Below, piece after piece: positions 53,329 through 63,013 of a DNA stretch of 64,000 bases. How positions within the stretch are numbered: position 1 is the stretch's first letter; each line of letters opens with the position of its first letter. Origin of the DNA: an uncultured bacterium (GTDB lineage Bacteria; Bacteroidota; Bacteroidia; Flavobacteriales; Flavobacteriaceae); assembly GCA_965365355.1 (NCBI GenBank), contig CBDUBJ010000002.1, positions 8,178 to 72,177 of the forward strand, in the 5' to 3' direction. Below the pieces are notes generated by a model that saw only the letters and a program-made list of their open reading frames with translations, did no database searches and was not told the DNA's origin. Both the position numbers and the translations under genes were made by a program.

Positions 53329-53750
53329 TGGATATATCAGGATTACCCACAGGAAAGAAAATCATATTGTTCGATGGCGTTTGCAATCTTTGTGATTCCT
53401 TCGTTCAGTATGTTATCAAACGCGATAAGAAGGATGTTTTCAGGTTTGCGTCGCAGCAATCTGACATTGGGCAAAAAATTTTAAAATACATCGGCGTCGA
53501 TCCACAAAATCCGAATTCGATGATTTTGTACGATCCCGGAGTCGCATACTATACAAAGTCGGCCGCGGCCGTGGAAATTGCAAAAAATCTGTCGGGAATC
53601 GGACGGCTCGATATATTGATGCGTATCTTTCCTAATGCCTTCCGCGACAAGATTTACGATTTTGTGGCCAAAAGAAGGTACGATTGGTACGGAAAGAAAG
53701 AACAATGCATGATTCCGACAGACGAAATGCGCGGAAAATTCATTGAATAA
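53325..53750 (+). CDS. DCC-family (DUF393) thiol-disulfide oxidoreductase
   Basis: LFDGVCNLC (DxxCxxC); RRYDWYGK..C. Confidence 0.9.
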   Translation: MMDISGLPTGKKIILFDGVCNLCDSFVQYVIKRDKKDVFRFASQQSDIGQKILKYIGVDPQNPNSMILYDPGVAYYTKSAAAVEIAKNLSGIGRLDILMRIFPNAFRDKIYDFVAKRRYDWYGKKEQCMIPTDEMRGKFIE

Positions 53751-53780
53751 AAAAAGCCGGACTAAAATCCGGCCTTTAAG
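53751..53780. terminator. Bidirectional terminator
   Basis: A-run, GCCGGA-CTAAAA-TCCGGC stem, T-run, between convergent genes. Confidence 0.7.
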
Positions 53781-53795
53781 TTTATAAGCAAAATC

Positions 53796-54836
53796 TTATT
53801 GCTTTACGATTTTCTTTGTCATCGATCCGTTATCGGATGACACGGTCATCATATATATTCCGCGTGCAAGGTCTGAAATGTTCATCTGAACTTCAGTCCT
53901 GTTTTCAAACGAGGCAGATTTCACTGTCCTTCCGTTCATATCGGCAATAACAACTGAATTTACATTCTGTGTATTCGCAATATTGATGAAGTTCACTGCA
54001 GGATTAGGATAGATCGAAAATTCACTTGGTGAAATAACTTCACCAGTTCCAAGAAGCGCTTCTTCCGGCGTTGCTTCTACCATCACGTTGTCGAAAGTTA
54101 CAGCAACTGCTTCAGCATTCGTATTTGGAACCGCAAAAACATAATCAATTTCTTCAACCGGGAATGGGCCGGCCCAGTTTGCTTCGGGAAGCCCGGTGTA
54201 AACCGTTGATGCTTTCCAGATTGTTTCGCCTGTAGTCGTATCGTACGAAAAACCGATTCTGTACCAAGTGTCGGCGTCCAAAACCAATCCCGGTGCTGCC
54301 GCAAGGTTGATAAGGAATGTATTGAAAGTTCCCGCGTTGTTCAGGTATGCCACGCCTTGCAATACTTTTGTTCCGACATTAAAAACGAATCCGTTCAACA
54401 CCCGTGTAACGATGTCGTCTGTTCCGTACAGTCGTATGCCGACCTGCCCGGTACTTGCGCTCGCCGGACCGGTGTATAGATCGTATTCCACTTCAATGAT
54501 TTCATTTCCTTCAGTACGTGTTGCCCAAAGATCTACCAAGCCATCCTGCCACATAAAGCGGTTTCCTTTATTTCCGTCCGGACCGGTAATCATCAGTCCG
54601 CTCCCTTCAAATCCGTCAGCGACGATCTGGAAATTTGAGTTGCCTGCATTTGTACTCGTTGTTGGATCCGCGCCATTTGTAGCAGCTGTGTAAAATCCCG
54701 CCTGCCCCGGAGTTTCACCTAAAATGTCGGTGCCGACATCGCCCAGCGTAAGCGAGTTGAAATCCTGATAGTCCAGCACCTGAGCTCCCGCGAACGAAGC
54801 GCTTAACAATACTGCCGATAGTAAAAGTTTTTTCAT
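53796..54836 (-). CDS. T9SS type A sorting-domain protein of unknown function
   Basis: Signal peptide AGA-Q; CTD SIYPNPA..IADMNGR..LARGIYM..KKIVKQ; ATG at 54836. Confidence 0.85.
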   Translation of the reverse strand: MKKLLLSAVLLSASFAGAQVLDYQDFNSLTLGDVGTDILGETPGQAGFYTAATNGADPTTSTNAGNSNFQIVADGFEGSGLMITGPDGNKGNRFMWQDGLVDLWATRTEGNEIIEVEYDLYTGPASASTGQVGIRLYGTDDIVTRVLNGFVFNVGTKVLQGVAYLNNAGTFNTFLINLAAAPGLVLDADTWYRIGFSYDTTTGETIWKASTVYTGLPEANWAGPFPVEEIDYVFAVPNTNAEAVAVTFDNVMVEATPEEALLGTGEVISPSEFSIYPNPAVNFINIANTQNVNSVVIADMNGRTVKSASFENRTEVQMNISDLARGIYMMTVSSDNGSMTKKIVKQ

Positions 54837-54908
54837 AATTGTTGGTTTTAGATTAATTGCAAAGGATCGCAATAAATCTATAAAAAATGTTTTACAAACC
54901 AACGTAAT

Positions 54909-56180
54909 TTATCCTTCAGAAAAATGTTCATCTTCTTTTCCTTCCCATTTGCCGACAACCGACGTGGCCAATGCATTCCCAAGGACATTTGTCGCACTTC
55001 GGAACATGTCGCAGAAGTGGTCGATCGGAAGGATGAGTGCGATACCTTCAATTGGAATGTCGAACATCCCGCATGTTGCCGCAACAACCACAAGGCTCGC
55101 GCGTGGCACGCCTGCAATTCCTTTACTGGTAAGCATCAAAACCAAAAGCATGGTCATTTGCGTGCCGATCGAAAGGTCGATTCCATAAGCCTGCGCAATG
55201 AAGATACTTGCGAAAGTCATATACATCATGCTGCCATCGAGGTTGAAGGAATATCCGAGCGGCAGCATAAATGAAACGATTCGGTCTTTGATGCCGAAAC
55301 GCTCAAGCTCTTCGGTTAGTTTTGGAAAAACCGCTTCGCTGCTTGTTGTTCCGAATGCAATGATCAGCGGACTGACGATTCGTTTGAGCAATGTGGTAAG
55401 GCGCCCGCGCAGGAACATAAATCCAATAAGCAGGAGGATTACCCATAGCGAGCTGATCCCGATCAGGAAAGAACCGAAATATTTTATGTAAGTCAGAAGC
55501 AGTTCGTCCAGGTCGCGGATCGCAAATACGCCGGCGATTGCGCCAAACACGCCGACGGGTGCAAAGTTCATCACGTAACTTACCATTTTCAGGATGATGT
55601 GCGATGTTTTGTCGAGCGCTTTTACAACCGGGTCGGCATAAGTTCCGATGGAAGCTGCAGCCAATCCAAAAAAGATCGAAAAGACCACAATTTGCAGGAT
55701 CTCATTGGTTGCCATGGCTTCGACAACGCTTTTTGGAATGATATGTTCGATGAAATTCTGTGCGGAGAATGCTTTTGTCTTTTCGGTAACTTCGGATGCG
55801 GTAGAAAGATCGACATCGGAAAGGTTCAAGCCAACGCCTGGTTGCAGGATGTTGACCCAGAACATACCGATCAGCAGTGAGATCAATGAAGCGGAGAAAA
55901 ACCACAGTAATGCCTTACCTCCTATCCGGCCGACAGATTTGATATCGCCAAGTTTTGCGATTCCGACAACCAATGTTGTAAAAACCAGTGGCGCGATGAT
56001 CATCTGGACCAGCCTGATAAATATTGTGGCCAGCATTTTAATATAGCCGCTGAATTCGGCTGCGGATTCCTTTGCGAAATTATTGTGGACGTATATTCCG
56101 AGAATGGCGCCCAGGATCATTGCGATGATAATTTGGACGGTCAGATTTGAAAGGAAGGATTTTTTTGTTTCGGTTGTCAT
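54909..56180 (-). CDS. Dicarboxylate/amino acid:cation symporter (GltP/DctA family)
   Basis: FIRLVQMIIAPLVF, FGTTSSEA, GYSFNLDGS, FRSATNVLGN. Confidence 0.9.
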   Translation of the reverse strand: MTTETKKSFLSNLTVQIIIAMILGAILGIYVHNNFAKESAAEFSGYIKMLATIFIRLVQMIIAPLVFTTLVVGIAKLGDIKSVGRIGGKALLWFFSASLISLLIGMFWVNILQPGVGLNLSDVDLSTASEVTEKTKAFSAQNFIEHIIPKSVVEAMATNEILQIVVFSIFFGLAAASIGTYADPVVKALDKTSHIILKMVSYVMNFAPVGVFGAIAGVFAIRDLDELLLTYIKYFGSFLIGISSLWVILLLIGFMFLRGRLTTLLKRIVSPLIIAFGTTSSEAVFPKLTEELERFGIKDRIVSFMLPLGYSFNLDGSMMYMTFASIFIAQAYGIDLSIGTQMTMLLVLMLTSKGIAGVPRASLVVVAATCGMFDIPIEGIALILPIDHFCDMFRSATNVLGNALATSVVGKWEGKEDEHFSEG

Positions 56181-56197
56181 ATGATTCTAGTTTCGAA

Positions 56198-56270
56198 GCC
56201 TAGCCCCGGGGGAAGCGGCATCCTTTTGTGGAGCTTGCGCAACAAAAGATACAGCGGACCACGGGAAACA
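56198..56270 (+). ncRNA. Flavo-1-like structured RNA/repeat, copy B
   Basis: CCCG-GGGGAAGCGGCATCCTTTTG..CAAAAGATACAGCGGACCA-CGGG. Confidence 0.6.
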
Positions 56271-56274
56271 GCTC

Positions 56275-57342
56275 CTAAGCATTTGTATAAATTTTATTGA
56301 TCAGGTAAAAATCGGCAATAACGATGGCTGCCATTGCCTCGACAATCGGTACGGCACGCGGAACAACGCAGGGATCATGTCGGCCTTTACCTTGTAAATC
56401 CGTGTAATTACCCTGATCATCGATGGTTTGCTGTGGCTTCATAATGGTTGAAACGGGTTTGAACGCAACACGGAAATAAATGTCCATTCCGTTTGAGATT
56501 CCGCCCTGGACTCCGCCGGCGTGGTTGGTTTTCGTAGAACCATCCGCATTATATTGATCGTTATGATCGCTGCCATGCATTTTGGTTCCGTCGAATCCGC
56601 TGCCGATCTCGAATCCTTTTACAGCGTTAATTGACAGCATTGCTTTTCCGAGCTCGGCGTGAAGCTTGTCGAAAACAGGCTCGCCCAATCCGACCGGCAC
56701 ATTTTGAATAACGCAAGTGACGATTCCGCCAACACTATCGCCATTTTTGCGGACATCGCGAATGAGCGCTTCCATTTTCAGAGCCGTTTCGGGATCGGGG
56801 CAACGAACGGGATTCTCTTCTGTTTTGGAAAGATCCAGTTCAAAATAGGGCTTGTCCAGCGACACATTGCCGACAGACGAAACGTAAGCATTGAATTTAA
56901 TTTCCGGCAAAAGCTGCTTTGCAATCGATCCTGCCACGACACGAACCGCGGTTTCTCGTGCAGAACTGCGGCCGCCGCCAAGATGGTCACGATGCCCGTA
57001 CTTTTGCTGATAAACGAAATCTGCGTGACCGGGACGGAATGTGCTTTTTAGATGATCGTAATCTGCAGGTTTCTGATCTGCATTTTCTATGATGAATCCA
57101 ATCGGTGTTCCCGTGGTGCGTCCGTCGAAAATGCCCGATAGGAACTTTACCGTGTCGGCTTCCTTTCGTTGGGTCACGATTGCTGACTGGCCTGGTTTCC
57201 GACGAGACATTTCCAATGAAATTTGATCGAAATCGACGGTAAGGCCTGATGGACAGCCATCTATGATGCCGCCTATCGCCGTGCCGTGAGATTCACCGAA
57301 AGATGTAAGTTTGAATATCGTGCCGAAGGTATTTCCTGCCAT
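56275..57342 (-). CDS. aroC: Chorismate synthase
   Basis: [32 protein letters not shown]. Confidence 0.97.
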   Translation of the reverse strand: MAGNTFGTIFKLTSFGESHGTAIGGIIDGCPSGLTVDFDQISLEMSRRKPGQSAIVTQRKEADTVKFLSGIFDGRTTGTPIGFIIENADQKPADYDHLKSTFRPGHADFVYQQKYGHRDHLGGGRSSARETAVRVVAGSIAKQLLPEIKFNAYVSSVGNVSLDKPYFELDLSKTEENPVRCPDPETALKMEALIRDVRKNGDSVGGIVTCVIQNVPVGLGEPVFDKLHAELGKAMLSINAVKGFEIGSGFDGTKMHGSDHNDQYNADGSTKTNHAGGVQGGISNGMDIYFRVAFKPVSTIMKPQQTIDDQGNYTDLQGKGRHDPCVVPRAVPIVEAMAAIVIADFYLINKIYTNA

Positions 57343-57463
57343 TGAAACAAATGTAATCAGAAAGCTTTAAAGCGCCAAAGGACGATTCTGTGAGGATCTG
57401 AGACATGGTAAATCAAGCTTGAAATTATCAGTTTATATTTGTTAATATTAAAACAAGAGCAAT

Positions 57464-57492
57464 TTGGTTTTGAAGTCAAAGACTTAATTTTG
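57464..57492 (+). promoter_or_regulatory. Bacteroidota -33/-7 promoter
   Basis: TTG (57464-57466), 18-nt spacer, TAATTTTG (57485-57492). Confidence 0.6.
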
Positions 57493-57514
57493 CGTACTAA
57501 CTAATTACAATCAC

Positions 57515-58012
57515 ATGAAAAAGATTCTTTTGGCGCTAATGCTCGCGGGGTTCGCCACGAGTTTACAGGCGCAGGAAATCCCGAAAAACGCTTTGGGACT
57601 TCGACTTGGGGATAACGATGGTTTCGGCGGCGAGATTTCATATCAGCGCGGTTTGTCCGGGAACAACAGGCTTGAGCTTGATTTGGGATGGCGCGACAGT
57701 AAGTATTACGATGCTTTGAAACTTGTAGGTTTGTACCAATGGGTTTGGAACATTGACGGTGGCTTTAACTGGTATGCCGGAGTCGGCGGCGGTGTTGGAA
57801 GTTATGACATCGATGATGATGACGATCTGATCAATGACGATGATGAAAGCGGAACATTTTTGCTGCTTGCCGGGGATTTGGGAATTGAATACGTATTTGA
57901 TATTCCGCTTCAGATCTCACTTGACTTCCGTCCGGAGATCTATTTTGGCGATGAGTTCCGCGATGACAATTTCGGTCCGGATATCGCGCTGGGGATCAGG
58001 TTTACGTTTTAG
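57515..58012 (+). CDS. Small outer-membrane beta-barrel protein
   Basis: Signal peptide LQA-Q; eight or so amphipathic strands; C-terminal IRFTF. Confidence 0.75.
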   Translation: MKKILLALMLAGFATSLQAQEIPKNALGLRLGDNDGFGGEISYQRGLSGNNRLELDLGWRDSKYYDALKLVGLYQWVWNIDGGFNWYAGVGGGVGSYDIDDDDDLINDDDESGTFLLLAGDLGIEYVFDIPLQISLDFRPEIYFGDEFRDDNFGPDIALGIRFTF

Positions 58013-58070
58013 GACGGAGTTGAATAGGTTGCGGACTTCGCAAACCAAACAAGTTTAAAATTTTTACTGC

Positions 58071-58103
58071 AAACCTTCAAGGTTTTTAAAACCTTGAAGG
58101 TTT
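58071..58103. repeat. Nested palindrome (REP-like doublet)
   Basis: AAACCTTCAAGGTTTT-T-AAAACCTTGAAGGTTT: perfect 16-bp arms, each arm itself palindromic. Confidence 0.75.
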
Positions 58104-58164
58104 TATATTTTATTCCAAAATAAACTGCAATCTAAAACCTTCGCTCCAACTTCAATTACGGTTT

Positions 58165-58590
58165 TCACTCAAAAACAATCGGCTTCTTCGAATTGATCTT
58201 CACAATTGCATACGGATATGTAAACGCCTGCGTCACCATCGCGCCGGGCTCGGGTGAAAATTCTTTAACCTTTACATAGATCTTATCCGAAGTCTCACGG
58301 ACGTTTTCAACAGTTATTGAATATCCGCCGGTTCGCTTCTCGCCCATATTCAGAATGACGAAATTCGATGTCGAAACATCCGCGGCTTTAATTTTATCTT
58401 TCAAAAATTCGTCATTCAAAAGCATATTTATCTCTTTCTGCTCCGATACGATCTCGTAAAACTGGATATTCGAACCGCCGTCCGACTGCTGGGTCAAAAC
58501 TTCGTACAAACCAGAATTATCAGTCGTTGTTTTAGTGGTGCTGCACGATGCTGCGATGACCATGCTTGCAAGGATTATGAAATATCTCAT
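58165..58590 (-). CDS. Lipoprotein with a PrcB C-terminal domain
   Basis: Lipobox AAS-C; ILNMGEKRTGGYSITV; VTQAFTYPY. Confidence 0.8.
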   Translation of the reverse strand: MRYFIILASMVIAASCSTTKTTTDNSGLYEVLTQQSDGGSNIQFYEIVSEQKEINMLLNDEFLKDKIKAADVSTSNFVILNMGEKRTGGYSITVENVRETSDKIYVKVKEFSPEPGAMVTQAFTYPYAIVKINSKKPIVFE

Positions 58591-58591
58591 A

Positions 58592-59719
58592 TCAATTATT
58601 TAAAGCCTTCCGGTATAATTCTTCATACAGCGGAAGTATATTTTTGATGTCAAACTGTTTTGCAACTTCCAGCGCGTTCGCCTTAAATTCTGCCAGCACC
58701 TTATCGTCGCTCAAAATGCTTATTGCATTTGCTGCCATTTCATCGATATCGCCAACTTCACTCAGATATCCTGAAATCCCGTTAAAATTTACTTCCGGCA
58801 AACCGCCTGAATTACTCGAAATCACCGGAACGCCCCAAGCCATTGCCTCAAGCGCTGCAAGTCCGAAACTCTCCGTTTGCGACGGCAGCAAGAACAAATC
58901 GGAATAACTCAAAATGCTGTCGATCTCATTGCTGTTTCCAAAAAAGATTACTTTGTTCTCAATGCCATATTCGCGGCACAATCGCTCTGCCTTGGCTTTC
59001 TCCGGCCCATCGCCAACCATCATCAGCCTCGCCGGGATCTTTTTCTGTATCTTATAAAAGATCTTAATGATATCCGGAATCCGCTTTACTTTCCTGAAAT
59101 TGCTGATATGCGTGATGATCCGCTCGTCCTCACCTGCGATCACCGAACGCCTGCAGGCAATCCGTGGATCTTTGATATTCTTGTCCAGCTCCACGAAGTT
59201 TGGTATAACGTGGATTTCGTTCGTAATATTGAACAGTTTATAAGTTTCTTCACGAAGATTTTTTGAAACGGAAGTAACCACATCGGATTTATTGATGCTG
59301 AAACTCACTGCCGGCTTGTAAAACGGATGATTCCCCACAAGCGTAATATCCGTCCCGTGAAGCGTCGTCACCATTGGGATCTCAATGCCTTCATCTTTAA
59401 GCATCTGCTTGGCCATATAACCTGCATATGCGTGCGGAATCGCATAATGAACATGAAGCAGCTCGATCTGATACAATTTAACCATATCGACAAGCTTGCT
59501 CGAAAGCGCCAGTTCATAAGGCTGATAATGAAATAGCGGATACTCGGGAACGTTTACTTCATGATAATGGACATTTGGATTCAGGAGTGCAAGCCGCACG
59601 GGCTGGCTGTAAGTAATAAAGTGGACTTCGTGTCCGCGGTGCGCCAGTTCAAGGCCCAATTCCGTTGCAACAACACCGCTTCCGCCGAACGTGGGATAGC
59701 ATACGATTGCTATTTTCAT
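58592..59719 (-). CDS. bshA: N-acetyl-alpha-D-glucosaminyl L-malate synthase (bacillithiol biosynthesis GT4)
   Basis: CYPTFGGSGVVATELG, HVHYAIPHA, TTLHGTDIT, HISNFRKVKR, ESFGLAALE. Confidence 0.92.
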   Translation of the reverse strand: MKIAIVCYPTFGGSGVVATELGLELAHRGHEVHFITYSQPVRLALLNPNVHYHEVNVPEYPLFHYQPYELALSSKLVDMVKLYQIELLHVHYAIPHAYAGYMAKQMLKDEGIEIPMVTTLHGTDITLVGNHPFYKPAVSFSINKSDVVTSVSKNLREETYKLFNITNEIHVIPNFVELDKNIKDPRIACRRSVIAGEDERIITHISNFRKVKRIPDIIKIFYKIQKKIPARLMMVGDGPEKAKAERLCREYGIENKVIFFGNSNEIDSILSYSDLFLLPSQTESFGLAALEAMAWGVPVISSNSGGLPEVNFNGISGYLSEVGDIDEMAANAISILSDDKVLAEFKANALEVAKQFDIKNILPLYEELYRKALNN

Positions 59720-59882
59720 CTGATAAAATTAGACATCGAAAATAGCGAAAATTAAGAGGTAATTCAAGGGAAAAGCACTCCTTTGATATGAATGTTTTGG
59801 GCGTGACCCTCAATTCTGCCCGCTACAAAAATTCTATTGTAAATCAACTGTTCCAAAACATCCACAGCATCCCACGATCCCG

Positions 59883-59940
59883 GGTCGGGCTGTCCGCTTT
59901 ATCTTTTGCGCGCAAAAGGATGCCGCTTCCATCCCTCACG
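59883..59940 (-). ncRNA. Flavo-1-like structured RNA/repeat, copy C
   Basis: Minus strand GGG-ATGGAAGCGGCATCCTTTTG-CGCG-CAAAAGATAAAGCGGACAG-CCC. Confidence 0.6.
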
Positions 59941-60041
59941 CGGTTTTACACCGCTGCGCTTCCAGATCGTTAGATCGCTGCGCTTTTACATTATTAGAAA
60001 ACTGCGTATTGAAAATTGCAATTCCATAATCCAAGCCTGAA

Positions 60042-60106
60042 AATCTAACAATCTAATAATCTCTTTTCGAATAATCGAACATCGAACAATCGAACTATCG
60101 AATAAC
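60042..60106. repeat. Short tandem repeats (7-8-mers) overlapping the GH3 stop codon
   Basis: aatctaac aatctaat aatct..., then atcgaac atcgaac aatcgaac tatcgaat. Confidence 0.65.
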
Positions 60107-63007
60107 AGCCTGCTGAATGATCTTCTGAATATCTTCCCGAATATTTTCCTTGGACAAAGTATTGACCGGAGAGCCGGGATAAGTTCGGTTCGAGAGGAAA
60201 ACGTACACTATTTCAGTTTCGGGATCGGCCCAGGCAATTGTTCCCGTAAAACCGGTATGGCCAAAACTTTCGGATGAAACGCATCCGCATGTCGGCCCGG
60301 AATCACCCGGTAACTGCGGCTTGTCGAAACCTAATCCGCGACGATTGCCATCCTTGCAAAAATGGCAGGTGTTAAACGTATCAAAGGTTCTTTCACTAAA
60401 ATACCGCTGCCCGCCATAAGCTCCTTTTTGTAAAAACATCTGCATCATCTTCGCAATGTCCATCGCATTTGAAAAAATTCCGGCATGACCGCCAACGCCG
60501 CCTTCCATGGCTGCAGCCATATCGTGAACATAACCCTGAACGATCTGATGCCTGAAGTAATTATCGATTTCTGTCGGCGGAATATGGCTCATATCGTACT
60601 TCAGTAAAGGATTGTAAAGCGTATTGTTCATGCCAATCGACTTGTAAAAATTTGAATAGCTCAGGCTGTCAAGTGTTTTGCCGGTCGTTTTTTCGAGATA
60701 TTCCTTTAAAATGATGAACGTAAAATCGCTGTATTTATATTCCTTTGTCGGCAGTAATTTGCTGTTTGCGATCGCCTTCATGATGGTATCGCGGTAATCA
60801 TTTCTTATATATAGATTTTCCGCAACCTGAATCGAAAATTTCGGATCGTAAGACTTGCTGTAATATTCCTCGCTTGGCAAGCCCGCAGTGTCAAGTGTCG
60901 CTTTGTAAAATGGGATCCACGCCTGAAGCCTTGCATGGTGAGACAGCAGCTCCTTGAATTCAATGTTTTTCTTATCGGTATCACGAAATACAGGCAGCAT
61001 TTCACCAAGTTTTGTATCCATGGTAACGCGTCCTGCATCATAGAGTTTCATCACATTGGGCAACGTCGATACCATTTTGGTGATCGAAGCAACATCATAC
61101 AAATCGGTATTGCTGACCTTGATCGCATTTGCGTCATAAGTATGCGTTCCGTAAGACTTTTGATAGATGACCTTGCCTTTGCGTGCAACCAAAACCTGGA
61201 TACCGGGCGTCATCTTGGCATCAATGGCTTTTTTGGCAATCTGATCGATTCGCTTGAGGACGCTTGAGCTCATGCCTACATTTTCAGCAACCGTAAATCC
61301 AAGTCTGTTCATTTTATTGGTTCGAAGTCCGTAATTGATCGCAAATATATTACTGATCGAAACCGGTAGTTTTCCTTTGGTCTCAACGGCGCCAAATATC
61401 ATTTCCGCAGACACGATCTGTGCGACCTCTGAATTTTGATATGACAAGATCAATCCTTCGATATTATTGTAGTTCCGGATCGGCAGCAAGGAATACGGCT
61501 TTGCGAAAATATCAAGAATTACCTTGTGATGCTTGGCAATAGAATCCAGTTTAACAAGCTCTGTAGCTTTAAATTCGTGGTTTTTCCATGCGCCGTCAGC
61601 CTTGTGAAATCCTATTATGACTTTTGTAAAAGGTTTTAGGCGCACCAGCAGGCTGTCGATATTATCTTCTTCTATCTCGGTAACTTCAGTGTATTTCTGA
61701 AGTGTCGATAGAAACGGCTTGTGGTTGTCATCACCCATTTTGACGTACGCGATCCTTTCCTCCTCGAGTTTTTTCACGGGAACCACTTCTTCCGAATTTC
61801 GAAGTGTCGTAATTGCGTTTTCATACAATTCATATTGTAATGCTTCGGCTGACGTCGGATTCAGGTCATTGTAAAGATTTCGTAAATCTATCGGCCTGTA
61901 CATATCCAAACCGGCTTTGTATTTAAACCTTAAGATCTTTTTAACCGAATGTGCCAGGCGATTTTCCGTCAGGATCGAATCCTGATAAGCAACGCAAATT
62001 TTTTCGAGCGCCCGCGGAACGTTCTCAGCAAAAAGCAACACATCATTGCCGGCCATAAAGGCTTCGAGGTCTATTTCGCCCGGCTGCATAAAATCTGCCG
62101 CGCCTTTCATATTAAGCGCATCAGTAAAGATCAATCCTTCAAAACCAAGTTCCTTCTGAAGGATGTTCGTGACAACATTATACGATATCGACGATGGATA
62201 ATTTTCGCGGGATTCAAGGCTTGGCACGTTTAGATGCGCAACCATTACAGATGCAAGACCTTCCTTGAAAAGCCGTTTGTATGGATAAAATTCGATATCC
62301 TCAATGCGTGCCCGCGTAAAATTGATCGAAGGCAATGTATGATGCGAATCCGTTTCAGTATCGCCGTGACCGGGAAAATGCTTTCCTGTTGCAAAAACGC
62401 CCTGACTTTGGACGCCTTTCATCAATGCGAGTGCGCGATTGGTTACGTTGGTTTTGTCTTCGCCGAAAGATCGGTTGCCGATAATGGGATTGCGAGGATT
62501 TGTATTAATGTCAAGTACCGGCGCAAAGTTAAAGTTGACGCCTAACCGCCTGCTTTGTTTTCCGTATTCGACGCCAACTTTCTCAATAAGTTTTACATCC
62601 TGGATCGCACCGAGAGTCATATTCCACGGAAAGCGCATCACAGAATCCAATCTCATCGCCAAACCCCATTCAGCATCGATTCCGATAAACAATGGAACCT
62701 TTGCCATGGATTGATAGTAATTCGTCAGCTTTGCCTGCCGCACCGGGCCGCCCTGAAAAAATATCAGTCCGCCAATTTTATACTCACGCACAAGCTTCGC
62801 AACAGAATTCGTATGAACAGAATCTTTATTGGAATAAGCCGCAACCATAAACAACTGCCCGACGCGCTCTTCGAACGTCATGCTGTTGTAGAGGCTGTCA
62901 ACCCACGCAGTTTCCTTTGCCCGCTGTAACGGCGGATCCATTTTCCTGAACTGCGCAGTTGTAAATTGACTTATTAAAAAGAAAAGTACAATACAATATC
63001 TCATCAT
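60095..63007 (-). CDS. GH3 beta-N-acetylglucosaminidase fused to a serine hydrolase/beta-lactamase-like domain
   Basis: GH3 NagZ-type KHFPGHGDTETDSH and FTDALNM; C-terminal SITK (SxxK), YSD and GHTGFTG. Confidence 0.9.
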   Translation of the reverse strand: MMRYCIVLFFLISQFTTAQFRKMDPPLQRAKETAWVDSLYNSMTFEERVGQLFMVAAYSNKDSVHTNSVAKLVREYKIGGLIFFQGGPVRQAKLTNYYQSMAKVPLFIGIDAEWGLAMRLDSVMRFPWNMTLGAIQDVKLIEKVGVEYGKQSRRLGVNFNFAPVLDINTNPRNPIIGNRSFGEDKTNVTNRALALMKGVQSQGVFATGKHFPGHGDTETDSHHTLPSINFTRARIEDIEFYPYKRLFKEGLASVMVAHLNVPSLESRENYPSSISYNVVTNILQKELGFEGLIFTDALNMKGAADFMQPGEIDLEAFMAGNDVLLFAENVPRALEKICVAYQDSILTENRLAHSVKKILRFKYKAGLDMYRPIDLRNLYNDLNPTSAEALQYELYENAITTLRNSEEVVPVKKLEEERIAYVKMGDDNHKPFLSTLQKYTEVTEIEEDNIDSLLVRLKPFTKVIIGFHKADGAWKNHEFKATELVKLDSIAKHHKVILDIFAKPYSLLPIRNYNNIEGLILSYQNSEVAQIVSAEMIFGAVETKGKLPVSISNIFAINYGLRTNKMNRLGFTVAENVGMSSSVLKRIDQIAKKAIDAKMTPGIQVLVARKGKVIYQKSYGTHTYDANAIKVSNTDLYDVASITKMVSTLPNVMKLYDAGRVTMDTKLGEMLPVFRDTDKKNIEFKELLSHHARLQAWIPFYKATLDTAGLPSEEYYSKSYDPKFSIQVAENLYIRNDYRDTIMKAIANSKLLPTKEYKYSDFTFIILKEYLEKTTGKTLDSLSYSNFYKSIGMNNTLYNPLLKYDMSHIPPTEIDNYFRHQIVQGYVHDMAAAMEGGVGGHAGIFSNAMDIAKMMQMFLQKGAYGGQRYFSERTFDTFNTCHFCKDGNRRGLGFDKPQLPGDSGPTCGCVSSESFGHTGFTGTIAWADPETEIVYVFLSNRTYPGSPVNTLSKENIREDIQKIIQQAVIR

Positions 63008-63013
63008 AGTGAT

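Noticed and set aside
60095-61300. Beta-lactam resistance gene
   Set aside because: The SxxK domain is fused to a GH3 and has YSD instead of YxN; the context fits cell-wall recycling.
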